Origin: a virus
Taxonomy: Duplodnaviria > Caudoviricetes
Virus record (IMG/VR): IMGVR_UViG_3300020008_000002
Span: 1-59,882 of that record
DNA: 59,882 bases
Direction: 5' to 3' (one strand)
This document shows positions 46,800 to 56,591 of this stretch, one piece after another (within the stretch, counting starts at the first letter, position 1; each line of letters starts with the position of its first letter). Under the pieces are notes generated by a model. It saw only the letters and a program-made list of their open reading frames with translations. It was not told where the DNA came from and did not search any database. The translations under genes and the position numbers were made by a program.

Positions 46800-47195
46800 A
46801 TGACCTTGAAGATATTGCCAGCCCTGGCAATGATGTTATTGCTATCTGCTTGTGCAGATAGCAATACGCAAACCTTTGCTGACGCTATTAATGTATCTAA
46901 TGTGTCGGGTAGGAATGTAAATCAGCAGCTTACGATATACTCCTTCTCTGTATCTAACAGAGATAGCCATTCGGTAGAAGGATCGCTGAACATCGAAGTT
47001 GACGATCAAAAGAAGCAGCCGGTAGGATTCTACAATGGATACGTTCCCAGCCTCGCGGTAGGGAAAAGTTCTACCGTCAAGATAAACAACGGTAGCAACG
47101 GAGGTGTGACGTATCACTATACACTTACCCATATTAACGCTCAAGCGCCGTCTGCGTCGGGCATTGGACTAATAAATCTAACTACCAATCCATAG
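46800..47195 (+). CDS. Lipoprotein
   Basis: LSAC lipobox; AGGAGG RBS; TGgTATAAT extended -10 upstream. Confidence 0.65.
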   Translation: MTLKILPALAMMLLLSACADSNTQTFADAINVSNVSGRNVNQQLTIYSFSVSNRDSHSVEGSLNIEVDDQKKQPVGFYNGYVPSLAVGKSSTVKINNGSNGGVTYHYTLTHINAQAPSASGIGLINLTTNP

Positions 47196-47204
47196 GAGGA
47201 TAAA

Positions 47205-47501
47205 ATGACAAACCGTACTCAAAAAGACCTAGACTTACAATTAAACTCAGGTCACGTCGGAGATACAATTGTTGTAGAGCCAGGTGTGTACGTTGTAGAA
47301 GAGATGGTGATATTCCCGGCCGGACGAGCATACATAGGGAGAGATGTAACTATAGTTAACGCATACGGGCATCCGACTCTAATATCCTTTGATCAGAGCC
47401 AATGTCCACCTGATCTTGCACTCTTTGGTGGATCACGATCCACCATGGAATCATTTCACTGGAAAGGCGGATTTCAGATAGTAGGAGTAAAAGACAAATG
47501 A
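47205..47501 (+). CDS. Hypothetical protein
   Basis: AGGAGG RBS. Confidence 0.55.
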   Translation: MTNRTQKDLDLQLNSGHVGDTIVVEPGVYVVEEMVIFPAGRAYIGRDVTIVNAYGHPTLISFDQSQCPPDLALFGGSRSTMESFHWKGGFQIVGVKDK

Positions 47502-47680
47502 TTCATGCAATTAGGCTATTAAGGGTTATAGTTGCGATATCCTTTGCCTTTGCCTCTGCCCTTACTATGGCCAGAGCGGGATTTCCCCTCTGGCTAGCCT
47601 CATTTTTAGCAGTAGTTCTCGGAGTGACCCTGGTGATATCAACAAACGAATTCTTTTCGTTTGCTAGGAGGAAGTCGTGA
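47498..47680 (+). CDS. Small two-TM protein
   Basis: Hydrophobic; coupled to the previous ORF. Confidence 0.5.
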   Translation: MIHAIRLLRVIVAISFAFASALTMARAGFPLWLASFLAVVLGVTLVISTNEFFSFARRKS

Positions 47681-48132
47681 TGAACAATCCAGCATGGCTA
47701 GAAATAGTCTTCAACGAGACAGGGAAGCAGCATACTCCGATTCTTAAGGAGTTTGAGTCTTACGGAGAAGTAGATGCGTTTATCGAGGGGCAGAGATCAA
47801 AGTTGTCGCGAACATTCAAGGTAGATGTATCGGTCAATGTTATCGACGGTAGATACTCGTTTGTAGGTGTTTACAAGACACAACACAATAGAGACTCAGC
47901 TAGATTATTTCTTGTACTGAGGCTACACGGGCAACTCGATGATACACATGAGAGTGAGAGACCCGACGGACAACACGATACTCCTTCGGATATAGAGAGC
48001 CAAGTAATGGAGAGAATAAGAGTTGCAGTAGACGATCTGGTAAAGCGTGGTTACAGTCATATCGATATACCATCGATATTTGCGAATGCTGCATATGGTA
48101 GGATGCTAGAGACCGGCGTAATCCGACGATAG
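47677..48132 (+). CDS. Hypothetical protein
   Basis: AGGAGG RBS. Confidence 0.55.
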   Translation: MMNNPAWLEIVFNETGKQHTPILKEFESYGEVDAFIEGQRSKLSRTFKVDVSVNVIDGRYSFVGVYKTQHNRDSARLFLVLRLHGQLDDTHESERPDGQHDTPSDIESQVMERIRVAVDDLVKRGYSHIDIPSIFANAAYGRMLETGVIRR

Positions 48133-48261
48133 TCCTATAGTATTGACATTTTTCAATTAATCGATTAAGCTTCAGCCAGGCACTGAAGCTTTTTATATTG
48201 CAATTTAAAGAGAGGTAGAGTATACATTTGTACTTCATGGAAGAGGTAGGAGAAACGTACA

Positions 48262-48474
48262 ATGAGCCAGTTCATGCAACAAGGGAAGTTAACATTGCCT
48301 CTTTACTCAGAAGACACTCAGGTAAATATGTCTGCCTATTACAAGGAAAGTGCCAGACGCGTCTCTATTTTGGAAGGAATTGGCATCATTGTCCTTGGCA
48401 TCGGCCTCGTTTTTCTATTTTCAGTCTTAGGCGTCCTTTTTTGGAAACTATTCTTGACAGTCCTACGTACGTGA
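48262..48474 (+). CDS. Small membrane protein
   Basis: AGGAG RBS; C-terminal TM. Confidence 0.5.
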   Translation: MSQFMQQGKLTLPLYSEDTQVNMSAYYKESARRVSILEGIGIIVLGIGLVFLFSVLGVLFWKLFLTVLRT

Positions 48475-48512
48475 TATAATAATCAACGAAAACACCAGGC
48501 ATCGAGGGAACT

Positions 48513-49058
48513 ATGAGAAATGACATTGAGTGGGATGAGATCCGCGCGGACTTTGAGGACGGCGTTTCAATACGATCATTGGAGCGTAAATACAGTGTGT
48601 CCAAAACGGCAATCATTAATAGACGGAACAAGGAACAGTGGACTGCGAAGCCTCGTGGCCCAAAAGAATACCATCCCAAAGAAGACACTAATGCGGACGT
48701 AAAAGCTGTAAAAGCTCTACAGCTTTACCTAGAGGAAGGCATGACTTATGACCAGATTGCGAAGACAATAGGATACTATGATAGGAGTGTTGCGCGCCGC
48801 GCGGTACGTAGAGAGATAGCAAAGGCTCTTCCCGAAGAGCGCAAGCTAGAGTTAATCGAGAACGATATCGTGATGAGCAACCAGCTACTAGCGAGGCTAT
48901 TCAAGACAGGTATGGACAAGACGGATAAGCACTGGATGTTCGCAGTTGACAGGTATGTGGCGTTGGTTAGGCATATCGCCTCGTTGCATGGGCTAGATGA
49001 CAAAGGCAATGAATTCGCCAACCAGATAATCATACAAGACATACCAGGGGAGGTGTAA
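48513..49058 (+). CDS. Terminase small subunit (putative)
   Basis: Two HTH-like motifs; immediately upstream of TerL. Confidence 0.7.
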   Translation: MRNDIEWDEIRADFEDGVSIRSLERKYSVSKTAIINRRNKEQWTAKPRGPKEYHPKEDTNADVKAVKALQLYLEEGMTYDQIAKTIGYYDRSVARRAVRREIAKALPEERKLELIENDIVMSNQLLARLFKTGMDKTDKHWMFAVDRYVALVRHIASLHGLDDKGNEFANQIIIQDIPGEV

Positions 49059-49060
49059 TC

Positions 49061-50407
49061 ATGGAAAAGGAGACAATCCGGATACAAGCACCCATCCTTC
49101 GTGGAGGAAACAAATCGTTAATGGGATGTAGAGATATAGAGGTTTGTTTAGATGGACCAGCCGGAACAGGCAAGACACTAGCATCGTTGTACAAAATACA
49201 TTGCTGTATGTGTAAGTATCCAAAGGCCAAAGCTCTCATTAGTCGTAAAACAAACACTGCCCTGTCTGGATCAGCAATGGCCACTTATCGCGAGGCCATC
49301 TTGAATTGCTATGGGCATCCGGCTCAAGCCAGGTACTTTGGTGGGAATAAGGTAAAGCCAGCTGCATTCGAGTATTGGAATGGGAGCCAGATAGTAGTGA
49401 ACGGGCTGGACAAGCCACACAAAATCAAGTCGTGGGAATTTGATATCGTGTATATTAACGAGTCAACTGAGTGCAGCGTGGAAGACATCGAGTTCGTGCG
49501 GTCTAGATTGCGTAACGGGATCATGCCATATCAACAGATAGTAATGGACTGCAATCCGGACGCCCCAACACACTGGCTTAATCAGAGAATGCTTGCAGGT
49601 ATAACCACTAGGTTAGTATCCAGGCATGAGGACAACCCGAGATTCTTTGATATATCTACTGGTAAATGGACAGAGGATGGCAATTTCTATATTGAGGAAG
49701 TATTAGGAGGCTTAACGGGAGTTAGACATGCAAGACTGAGATACGGACAATGGGCAGCCGCCGAGGGCACCGTTTATGAAGGATGCTGGGATAGATCTAC
49801 TAATGTCGTTAAAAATTTCAAGATCCCGCAAGATTGGGAGCGATATCTAGTAGTGGACTTTGGATATATACATCCTTTTGTATGTAAATGGTACGCGGTA
49901 GATCACGACGGGAGAATCTATTGCTATCGAGAAATATACATGACCAAGCGCTTAGTAGAGGATCACTCCGACCAGATAAAGAAGGTGTCTTTCTGGGGAG
50001 CAGAGAAAGGAGAACCGTATCCTCGCGCTATCATCTGTGACCATGACGCTGAGGACAGGGCTACACTTGAAAGACACCTTGGGCTTCATACAATACCAGC
50101 CCACAAGTCAGTGTCTGACGGGATTCAAGCAGTAGCATCTAGGCTTAGGAGGGCAGGAGACGGTCGCCCTCGCCTACTCTACTTAGACAATTGTTTAGTG
50201 GAGATAGATCCTGAGCTATCTGCAAACAAAAAACCAAAGTGTTCTATAGAGGAGTTTGATAGCTATATATGGGACACAAGACAAGGGGCAAGGCGCGGTG
50301 ACCAGCCTGTCAAGGAGTCAGATCATGGAATGGACTGTGATAGGTATATGGTCGCTTACAAAGACATTAAGCCGTCAAAAGTGACGTATAGCAATAGGAT
50401 ATTCTAA
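49061..50407 (+). CDS. terL: Terminase large subunit
   Basis: GPAGTGKT Walker A; YINES; DCNPD; VDFGY; DHGMDCDRY nuclease motif. Confidence 0.92.
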   Translation: MEKETIRIQAPILRGGNKSLMGCRDIEVCLDGPAGTGKTLASLYKIHCCMCKYPKAKALISRKTNTALSGSAMATYREAILNCYGHPAQARYFGGNKVKPAAFEYWNGSQIVVNGLDKPHKIKSWEFDIVYINESTECSVEDIEFVRSRLRNGIMPYQQIVMDCNPDAPTHWLNQRMLAGITTRLVSRHEDNPRFFDISTGKWTEDGNFYIEEVLGGLTGVRHARLRYGQWAAAEGTVYEGCWDRSTNVVKNFKIPQDWERYLVVDFGYIHPFVCKWYAVDHDGRIYCYREIYMTKRLVEDHSDQIKKVSFWGAEKGEPYPRAIICDHDAEDRATLERHLGLHTIPAHKSVSDGIQAVASRLRRAGDGRPRLLYLDNCLVEIDPELSANKKPKCSIEEFDSYIWDTRQGARRGDQPVKESDHGMDCDRYMVAYKDIKPSKVTYSNRIF

Positions 50408-51841
50408 ATGAACAATAATAACGGGCAGCCAACCTACGTCATAACTGACGCTGACAAGAAGCGCGCTGAGCTAATACACAAGGCATGGCAAGCATATGAC
50501 GGTGAAACCGAAGCACCATTGCAGAAGATGCCCGGAGAGCCGGATGATAACGTCTTAAGCAATCGCATGCGCCCGATCGTTGATAGAGGCGTAGACTTTC
50601 TATTCGGTAAAGAGATGGGAATAAGCGTAGAAGAGAATGCCCCTGACAATGTGCAAGAGTTCATAGACGAAATATGGGGCATTAGGGAAAAGCGCATTCC
50701 TTTGCTGCAAAAGCTGGCTATGAGTGGAGCTATCACTGGTCAAGCATTTATCAGAATAGTTCCTAATGCATCTAAACAATATAATTTAGTAGTCATAGAT
50801 CCATCTACCGTATATGCGCAGACAGAAACTCAGGACTGTGAAGATGTCTGCTTATTCTGCATTCAATACCAGTCAGAGCAAGGCGTACCCGGCTCGCCGA
50901 AGATTGTCTTTTACAGAGAAGAAATTAAACGAATAGATCCTGACGATGATGATACTGATCAATACACAGGAACAGACACCTCTTGGGAAATCAGCCACTG
51001 GTCCAAGATCGGAGAGAGAGGCAATTGGCAAATGGTAGACGCCCCCATCCAGTGGCCTTATCCATTCCCGCCTTTGTTCTCTTGCCAAAACCTACCTAGG
51101 CCACATTCGTATTGGGGAATACCAGACGTAACGCCAGATCTTATAGGAGTCAATAATGCGCTTAATTTGGTACAATCTTGTGCCAATAGAGTTATGAAGC
51201 TATTTGGAAGCCCGATTCTGTATGCGACAGGCGCTGGCGAGTCAATCATCGATATCAAGCCTGGTAAGATTATCGCGCTGCCGATGACTGAGAGTAAAAT
51301 AGTAGCAGTTCCGCTTGTTTCTGATATTCCAAGTGCCATTGCTTTTGCAGCTGATCTCCGATCTGACATTGATGAGCAGAGTAGCACACCAGGTGTCGCG
51401 ACCGGCCGTATCGCAACAATGCCAAGAGGCGCGCTGAGCGGTGTCGCGATAGAGTTGCTTTTTATGCCCTTACTAAAGAAGACTGAAAAGAAGAGGTGCA
51501 CTTACGGATCGCTAATAATCGATGTAACCAAAGCGCTGCTTAAGCTAAATCATATGGATGGAACTCTTGATCTTACTTTAGCATGGCAAGACCCATTGCC
51601 AAATGATGATCTTGGTGCTGTACAAGCAGCAATTGGTAAGCTACAGATAGGTGTTAGCCAAGCAACGCTTCAAGAAGAGCTTGGCTATGCGCCCGACGAA
51701 GAACTTGCCAAGAAGCAATCGCAACCTAATGCACCTACATCCTATCCGGAGTCTGCGCAGATAGATGTAACATCACAGGAAGTACAATCAAATGGCAATA
51801 TCAATCCGCCCATGGGACGGGTCAGCCAGCCGGTGGCCTGA
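50408..51841 (+). CDS. Portal protein (SPP1 gp6-like)
   Basis: Follows TerL; IVDRGVDFLFG; LSGVAI motifs. Confidence 0.85.
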   Translation: MNNNNGQPTYVITDADKKRAELIHKAWQAYDGETEAPLQKMPGEPDDNVLSNRMRPIVDRGVDFLFGKEMGISVEENAPDNVQEFIDEIWGIREKRIPLLQKLAMSGAITGQAFIRIVPNASKQYNLVVIDPSTVYAQTETQDCEDVCLFCIQYQSEQGVPGSPKIVFYREEIKRIDPDDDDTDQYTGTDTSWEISHWSKIGERGNWQMVDAPIQWPYPFPPLFSCQNLPRPHSYWGIPDVTPDLIGVNNALNLVQSCANRVMKLFGSPILYATGAGESIIDIKPGKIIALPMTESKIVAVPLVSDIPSAIAFAADLRSDIDEQSSTPGVATGRIATMPRGALSGVAIELLFMPLLKKTEKKRCTYGSLIIDVTKALLKLNHMDGTLDLTLAWQDPLPNDDLGAVQAAIGKLQIGVSQATLQEELGYAPDEELAKKQSQPNAPTSYPESAQIDVTSQEVQSNGNINPPMGRVSQPVA

Positions 51842-52109
51842 CGCCGCCGCCTATTGCGAGTCTTGTGCAATAGACGATAATGAACCAGGATCTGATAAGG
51901 TCCAGTCAAAGTGCAAGATCCCATACAAGGAGCCGAGCGGAGACATTAATCGCAATGCTCTTGGATCTGCATCGGCCGCTCTAGCAGGAGCACGAGGCGG
52001 AGTGCAAGCGTCTCCGGAAGCAAAGAAGTCAGCAGCACGTAAATTGTTACGCGCCTATGCCGAAGCGAAGATGGAACCTCCGCCTTCACTGAAGCGTATG
52101 TCATCATAA
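51792..52109 (+). CDS. Head-module hypothetical protein
   Basis: PWDGSASRW...CKIP.KEP.G.IN.NAL..A.AALAGARGG. Confidence 0.6.
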   Translation: MAISIRPWDGSASRWPDAAAYCESCAIDDNEPGSDKVQSKCKIPYKEPSGDINRNALGSASAALAGARGGVQASPEAKKSAARKLLRAYAEAKMEPPPSLKRMSS

Positions 52110-52118
52110 GGAGCAAAC

Positions 52119-52472
52119 ATGATCCACGCGTACTATAAAGGAGACTGGCAAGACGAGCCAGGCATTATAAAATATGACGATATAGGGTGCTATTTAGATG
52201 ATGTGCGTTACAATCTTATCGCCGCCAAGAATCGAGAGAACAGCGCAGGAGGATTAATTCAAGGGCTGTCAGTGTATAAGTTAGCTGGCCCATCTAACTT
52301 GGCCAGCGACATGAGCTACCTCCTTGTATTGTATCAAGGAGGTAGCTGGCAGGAAGTGTATGTAGAAGATTTTCCAAGTCTACTAACGGTTTATCCGATG
52401 GTTGAGTCATTTTACAACTCGATAGGAGAATTCTTATATGATCAAACAGATCAAGAAATGGCCAGAGGATGA
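52119..52472 (+). CDS. Hypothetical protein
   Basis: AAGGAG RBS. Confidence 0.55.
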   Translation: MIHAYYKGDWQDEPGIIKYDDIGCYLDDVRYNLIAAKNRENSAGGLIQGLSVYKLAGPSNLASDMSYLLVLYQGGSWQEVYVEDFPSLLTVYPMVESFYNSIGEFLYDQTDQEMARG

Positions 52473-52656
52473 TCTTCGCGCTATGCTCAAAAGAGTATCT
52501 TGCGGAGATCCGTTGATTAGTAGTCCTATAGCTAAAGATGACGACCCAGCCGTAATAGCCGACCTCATTGACGAGGTTGTTCATAGCCGGTCGAAACTCG
52601 AATATGTCAGGTCATTTTGCCAAGCCTGGCAAAATGACCTCAAATTCAAGGGCTAA
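52438..52656 (+). CDS. Hypothetical protein
   Basis: AGGAG RBS. Confidence 0.45.
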   Translation: MIKQIKKWPEDDLRAMLKRVSCGDPLISSPIAKDDDPAVIADLIDEVVHSRSKLEYVRSFCQAWQNDLKFKG

Positions 52657-52691
52657 ATCCCTTGACAAGCTAGAAATTTAGGGATACAATC

Positions 52692-53348
52692 ATGACAACT
52701 ACAGAAACCCCTTCCGTTGTGGCTGGCGAGACGCCGACCACAGCGCCGACCGAGACGGTCACTCCCGCTCCGACAGACGCGATGTCTGTACAGAGTACAT
52801 CTTTTACGCTTGAAGAGGCGTTAAAAAGAATTGCTGATCTTGAGCATTCTCAAAAGAATGCCGTTGAGGAAGTTGGGAGACACCGAAAGAAACTGTCAGC
52901 ATATGAGAAAGCTGAGCAAGAATCCAATGCAGTTAAAAAAGCGGCAGAGGAAGCGCAGCTCAGTGAAATAGAGCGGACAAAGAAACAACTAGCTGAACTT
53001 CAAGCCTCCCACCAAGTCTATTCTCAGCGCATGCAAGAAAAGATCGTGCAAAACGATATAGAAAAGCATGCTACGAAGCTAGGCATCATTGATCCAGAAG
53101 CAGCATTCAAATTATTGGATATGGCAGAGTTAGAGTTCAGCGAGTCAGGTGAACCTACCAACGCAAGCGATTTGCTTAAGAAACTACTAAAAAACAAACC
53201 GTATCTTGGTCCATCTGTTCCTGCGAACAATTCAGCGCCAAAAATACCCGCAATGAATCCAGGGCGCACATCTATCAGTCCTCCCGTCCCAGAGCAAGCT
53301 CCACCTAAATTTATGAGACTTGCGGATTACTATAATCAGAAGCGGTAA
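52692..53348 (+). CDS. Capsid scaffolding protein
   Basis: Coiled coil; LSE.ER motif; KNKPYL; precedes the capsid gene. Confidence 0.75.
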   Translation: MTTTETPSVVAGETPTTAPTETVTPAPTDAMSVQSTSFTLEEALKRIADLEHSQKNAVEEVGRHRKKLSAYEKAEQESNAVKKAAEEAQLSEIERTKKQLAELQASHQVYSQRMQEKIVQNDIEKHATKLGIIDPEAAFKLLDMAELEFSESGEPTNASDLLKKLLKNKPYLGPSVPANNSAPKIPAMNPGRTSISPPVPEQAPPKFMRLADYYNQKR

Positions 53349-53366
53349 TGTATATAGGAGGCCAAT

Positions 53367-54374
53367 ATGGCAATCTCTACCAGCGCGGTGTCTCTTGCAG
53401 ATTACGCTCTGCAAAGTAATAGCCCGCTTGTTCGCGCTATTACCTACTCGTTGATTCTTTACTCAAATGTCATTCAAGACGTACCTCTGATGACCAAGAG
53501 AAGCCTCGTGGCTAACGGAGCACGTTTTGAGGGCAATTTACCAACGGTTAACTGGGCACAGCTTAATGCGGAAGGCGTTACGACCAAAGGTACTCCTACC
53601 GCTTATCAAGAGCAGGTTTATCTAATTCGTAACTACATCGATGTTGACAAGATGTTGGTTGACGAAGAGAACGCAATCGTAGACCCACGCGCTGCTCAGT
53701 CAGAGGCATATCTGAAAGCACTGACATACGATATCAACTTCAAGTTCATTAATAACGATCATGTTACAGGTGACGCTAACTCATTTGTCGGTATCAGATC
53801 GCGAATTGATAACGGATCGACGTTCGGGGTTCGCTCTGAGAACAAAATCGATGCGGGAGGCACCGACCTAAGCCAGGCAGGAACTACGCAGGCAACCGCC
53901 AACAAGTTCCTTGAGCAACTTGATCAGCTGTTATGGTCAGTTGATTCCCCAGATGGCCAGGGAGTCATTCTTTACATGAATGAGGTAATGAAACGGCGGT
54001 TCGCGTTTGCAATGCGAACTATGGGCACAAGCGGTGGATTTGAGATCACTAAGGACCAGTTTGATAGAACAGTCACACAGTACAAAGGAGCAGTTATTCG
54101 CGATCCCGGATACAAGGCAGATCAAACCACGCGCATCATTACGAGCACCGAGACGAACACAGGTGCGAACGGTAGCTCTACGTTTACCAGCATCTATGCT
54201 GTAAACTATGACACCGAGCACTTCTTTGGATGGCAGTTTAGTGAACCAAACGTTCAAGACCTAGGATTGCTTAATAACGGAGTAATTTATAGAACATTGA
54301 TTGATTGGGCTGTTGGCTTTATGAACGCATCGACACGTTCATTAGGGCGTTTATACGACATTAAGATTGCATAA
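53367..54374 (+). CDS. Major capsid protein
   Basis: 335 aa after the scaffold; LPTVNWAQLNAE...IDVDK...FINND...SFVGI pattern. Confidence 0.82.
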   Translation: MAISTSAVSLADYALQSNSPLVRAITYSLILYSNVIQDVPLMTKRSLVANGARFEGNLPTVNWAQLNAEGVTTKGTPTAYQEQVYLIRNYIDVDKMLVDEENAIVDPRAAQSEAYLKALTYDINFKFINNDHVTGDANSFVGIRSRIDNGSTFGVRSENKIDAGGTDLSQAGTTQATANKFLEQLDQLLWSVDSPDGQGVILYMNEVMKRRFAFAMRTMGTSGGFEITKDQFDRTVTQYKGAVIRDPGYKADQTTRIITSTETNTGANGSSTFTSIYAVNYDTEHFFGWQFSEPNVQDLGLLNNGVIYRTLIDWAVGFMNASTRSLGRLYDIKIA

Positions 54375-54385
54375 GGAGAGCGCTC

Positions 54386-54784
54386 ATGCCGACAGATGCT
54401 AATATTGTACTTCAAGCAAGTCAGACGATCACTGCTTCTTATACCACGGCGGCTACAGCTGTAGTATTGCCTGGCGGAACACCGAGACGCGGAATCAATG
54501 CGCGCGTCCTCTATAGCGCCGCCAATCAGGCCAGTGGTTCCGGAGTGTTCACATTCAGCGTTGCGGTATCCTATGACGGAGGCACCACTTGGCTGGTGGA
54601 TTTTGTTGCGCCTCCGATCACACTGACAACAACTGCACAAGCCGGTGAGATATTCATTCCATTCTCAATTAGCCCGACCAGTGTTGCAAATGGCACTCAG
54701 ATCAAGCTGTACGCCACATTGTCAGGTACACCAACTACGCCTACCATTACCTATCAAGGTGATATTGCGGTAAGTCGCCCATAA
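54386..54784 (+). CDS. Head decoration / structural protein
   Basis: Thr-rich beta protein directly after the capsid gene. Confidence 0.55.
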   Translation: MPTDANIVLQASQTITASYTTAATAVVLPGGTPRRGINARVLYSAANQASGSGVFTFSVAVSYDGGTTWLVDFVAPPITLTTTAQAGEIFIPFSISPTSVANGTQIKLYATLSGTPTTPTITYQGDIAVSRP

Positions 54785-54802
54785 GCGCAGAGGAGCACTC
54801 AT

Positions 54803-55399
54803 ATGGCTGTACGCACCACAATGGCAACATTGATTACACGATTACGAGTGCTCATTAATGATCCCGCTTCTGCAACGCAAGTTTTTAGTGACCAGACAAT
54901 CCAAGATGTTATGGATGAGTCTCGTACCGATATTGTCAACCAGTCCCTAATACCAAAACCTACGTTTACCGGTTCAACTGTACAATACCTTAATTACTAC
55001 GCAGAACTAGGAGGATGGGAATCAGATTGGGTGACAAAGCAGTACCTTGTAAATGTCGTAAGCCCATCAATTGCGGAAGAGATAGCCGGGCATTGGGCAT
55101 TCTCCACAACTACGCTCCCTTCTGTATATATAACAGGGAAGGTGTTTGATGTCTATAGGGCAGCAGCTGACTTACTTGAGCGACAGGCAGCACAATGGTC
55201 TTTGAACTTCAGCTTCTCATCAGACGGGCAGTCTTTTCAGAGGGCACAGGTAGCGCCTGCTCTCTTGAATCTAGCTAAGTCTTATCGAATGAAGCAGAGA
55301 CCGAAGACGATGGGCCTCTATAGATCTGATCTGGCTGGTGACAGGGAGGATTTAGGTCTTGGTCCAACGGCCATTGATTACATAGGGAGCGGACAATGA
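54803..55399 (+). CDS. Head-tail adaptor
   Basis: RLRVLINDP....FSDQ.I...DVYRAAADLL. Confidence 0.65.
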   Translation: MAVRTTMATLITRLRVLINDPASATQVFSDQTIQDVMDESRTDIVNQSLIPKPTFTGSTVQYLNYYAELGGWESDWVTKQYLVNVVSPSIAEEIAGHWAFSTTTLPSVYITGKVFDVYRAAADLLERQAAQWSLNFSFSSDGQSFQRAQVAPALLNLAKSYRMKQRPKTMGLYRSDLAGDREDLGLGPTAIDYIGSGQ

Positions 55400-55758
55400 G
55401 TTTACTTTCGGCGAGTGACATAGCATCAATAACAGATACGGTGACAAGTAGCTTTGACGCACAGATAAATGTGCAGAGATCCACTGCTGTCATTGACGCC
55501 TTTGGGTCGCTGGAAAATACACTCTCAACGGTAGGAACGTTCATGGTTAATTTTTATCGTCCTAACGCTAGTCAGTTAGCTAAATATGCAGATGTAATCA
55601 AATCGCGAGAAGCGATTATGTTGAGATTTGCAAGAACTAACGACATTCGCGAGGGTGATATCATTAATTACAACGGCAAGTCATTTGTAGTGCAGAGTGT
55701 TGTAGGAGAGCCGAGTTACACGTTTGATAGCAATGCATTACTGGTGGTGATATCATGA
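55396..55758 (+). CDS. Head closure / stopper protein
   Basis: Synteny; DAFG...DIREGDII..NGK.F.V. Confidence 0.65.
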   Translation: MSLLSASDIASITDTVTSSFDAQINVQRSTAVIDAFGSLENTLSTVGTFMVNFYRPNASQLAKYADVIKSREAIMLRFARTNDIREGDIINYNGKSFVVQSVVGEPSYTFDSNALLVVIS

Positions 55759-56147
55759 TAAATAAGTGGGAAGACATAGCGGATGCTATTATTACTACTG
55801 CTAAGAAAGCAGTAGTAGATGTTGCTAATATCGGAGCGCAAAACGTACAAGACCAGATTGCGGCGAATAGCCAGGTTAGAACCGGATTTATGATGGGGAG
55901 TGTATATGCAAGTACTTCAGATGGGAGTGACTACTCAAACGGATCGGATGAGCGGAGTCTTCCGGAAGTGAAGCCAGAAAGCGACATGGAAGCAATAGTA
56001 GGAGTGGGAGCTAAATATGCCATATTCCCAAATTATGGGACAATGCACCAAGGGGCGAAACCTTTTTTTGAGCCAGCGATTCTTAAGACACAAGACGATC
56101 TTGATCAAGCCGTAGTACAAATCAAGATCGTGATTGAAAAGATATGA
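55755..56147 (+). CDS. HK97 gp10-like neck protein
   Basis: VRTGFM..S; YAIFPNYGT..Q.AKPFFEPA. Confidence 0.75.
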   Translation: MINKWEDIADAIITTAKKAVVDVANIGAQNVQDQIAANSQVRTGFMMGSVYASTSDGSDYSNGSDERSLPEVKPESDMEAIVGVGAKYAIFPNYGTMHQGAKPFFEPAILKTQDDLDQAVVQIKIVIEKI

Positions 56148-56581
56148 GTGCAATACATGAAGGACAACTGGCGATCGGGTTCCTGATCGCCACCCTGCAA
56201 GCAGATTCAACACTGATGATGCTGGCACCAGGCGGCATATGGAGATCTTTCGCTCCTGCCGGTACCGCCTATCCTGTTTGCATTGTAGCTTTTCAAGGCT
56301 CAGCTGACACACTGACGGCTAATAGTAGGCGCCTCATGGTCAGGTCGCTCTATCAGGTGAGAGCATCTGGTCTTGCCAATGACACATCTAACGTCTTTTC
56401 ACTTGCGTCACGGATAGATATTGTTTTAGGCGGAAATCAAGGTCTGCGGAATATAGGGTTGACAAGCGGATGGATACTTTCGTGCTATAGGGAATCTACG
56501 TTGCAGTTTGATGAGGATCTTTCCGGAACAAGCTTTACTCATCTTGGTGGTATTTATAGCGTAAATCTTCAACAGATGTAA
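56144..56581 (+). CDS. Tail terminator protein
   Basis: L.ADSTL..LAPGGI....AP.GT.YP pattern; synteny. Confidence 0.7.
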   Translation: MSAIHEGQLAIGFLIATLQADSTLMMLAPGGIWRSFAPAGTAYPVCIVAFQGSADTLTANSRRLMVRSLYQVRASGLANDTSNVFSLASRIDIVLGGNQGLRNIGLTSGWILSCYRESTLQFDEDLSGTSFTHLGGIYSVNLQQM

Positions 56582-56591
56582 GGAGACCAAC

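Noticed and set aside
52662-52690. TTGACA-17-TACAAT immediately before the scaffold ATG
   Set aside because: The -10 is only 1 nt from the annotated start, so either the promoter or the start codon is uncertain; not resolvable here.
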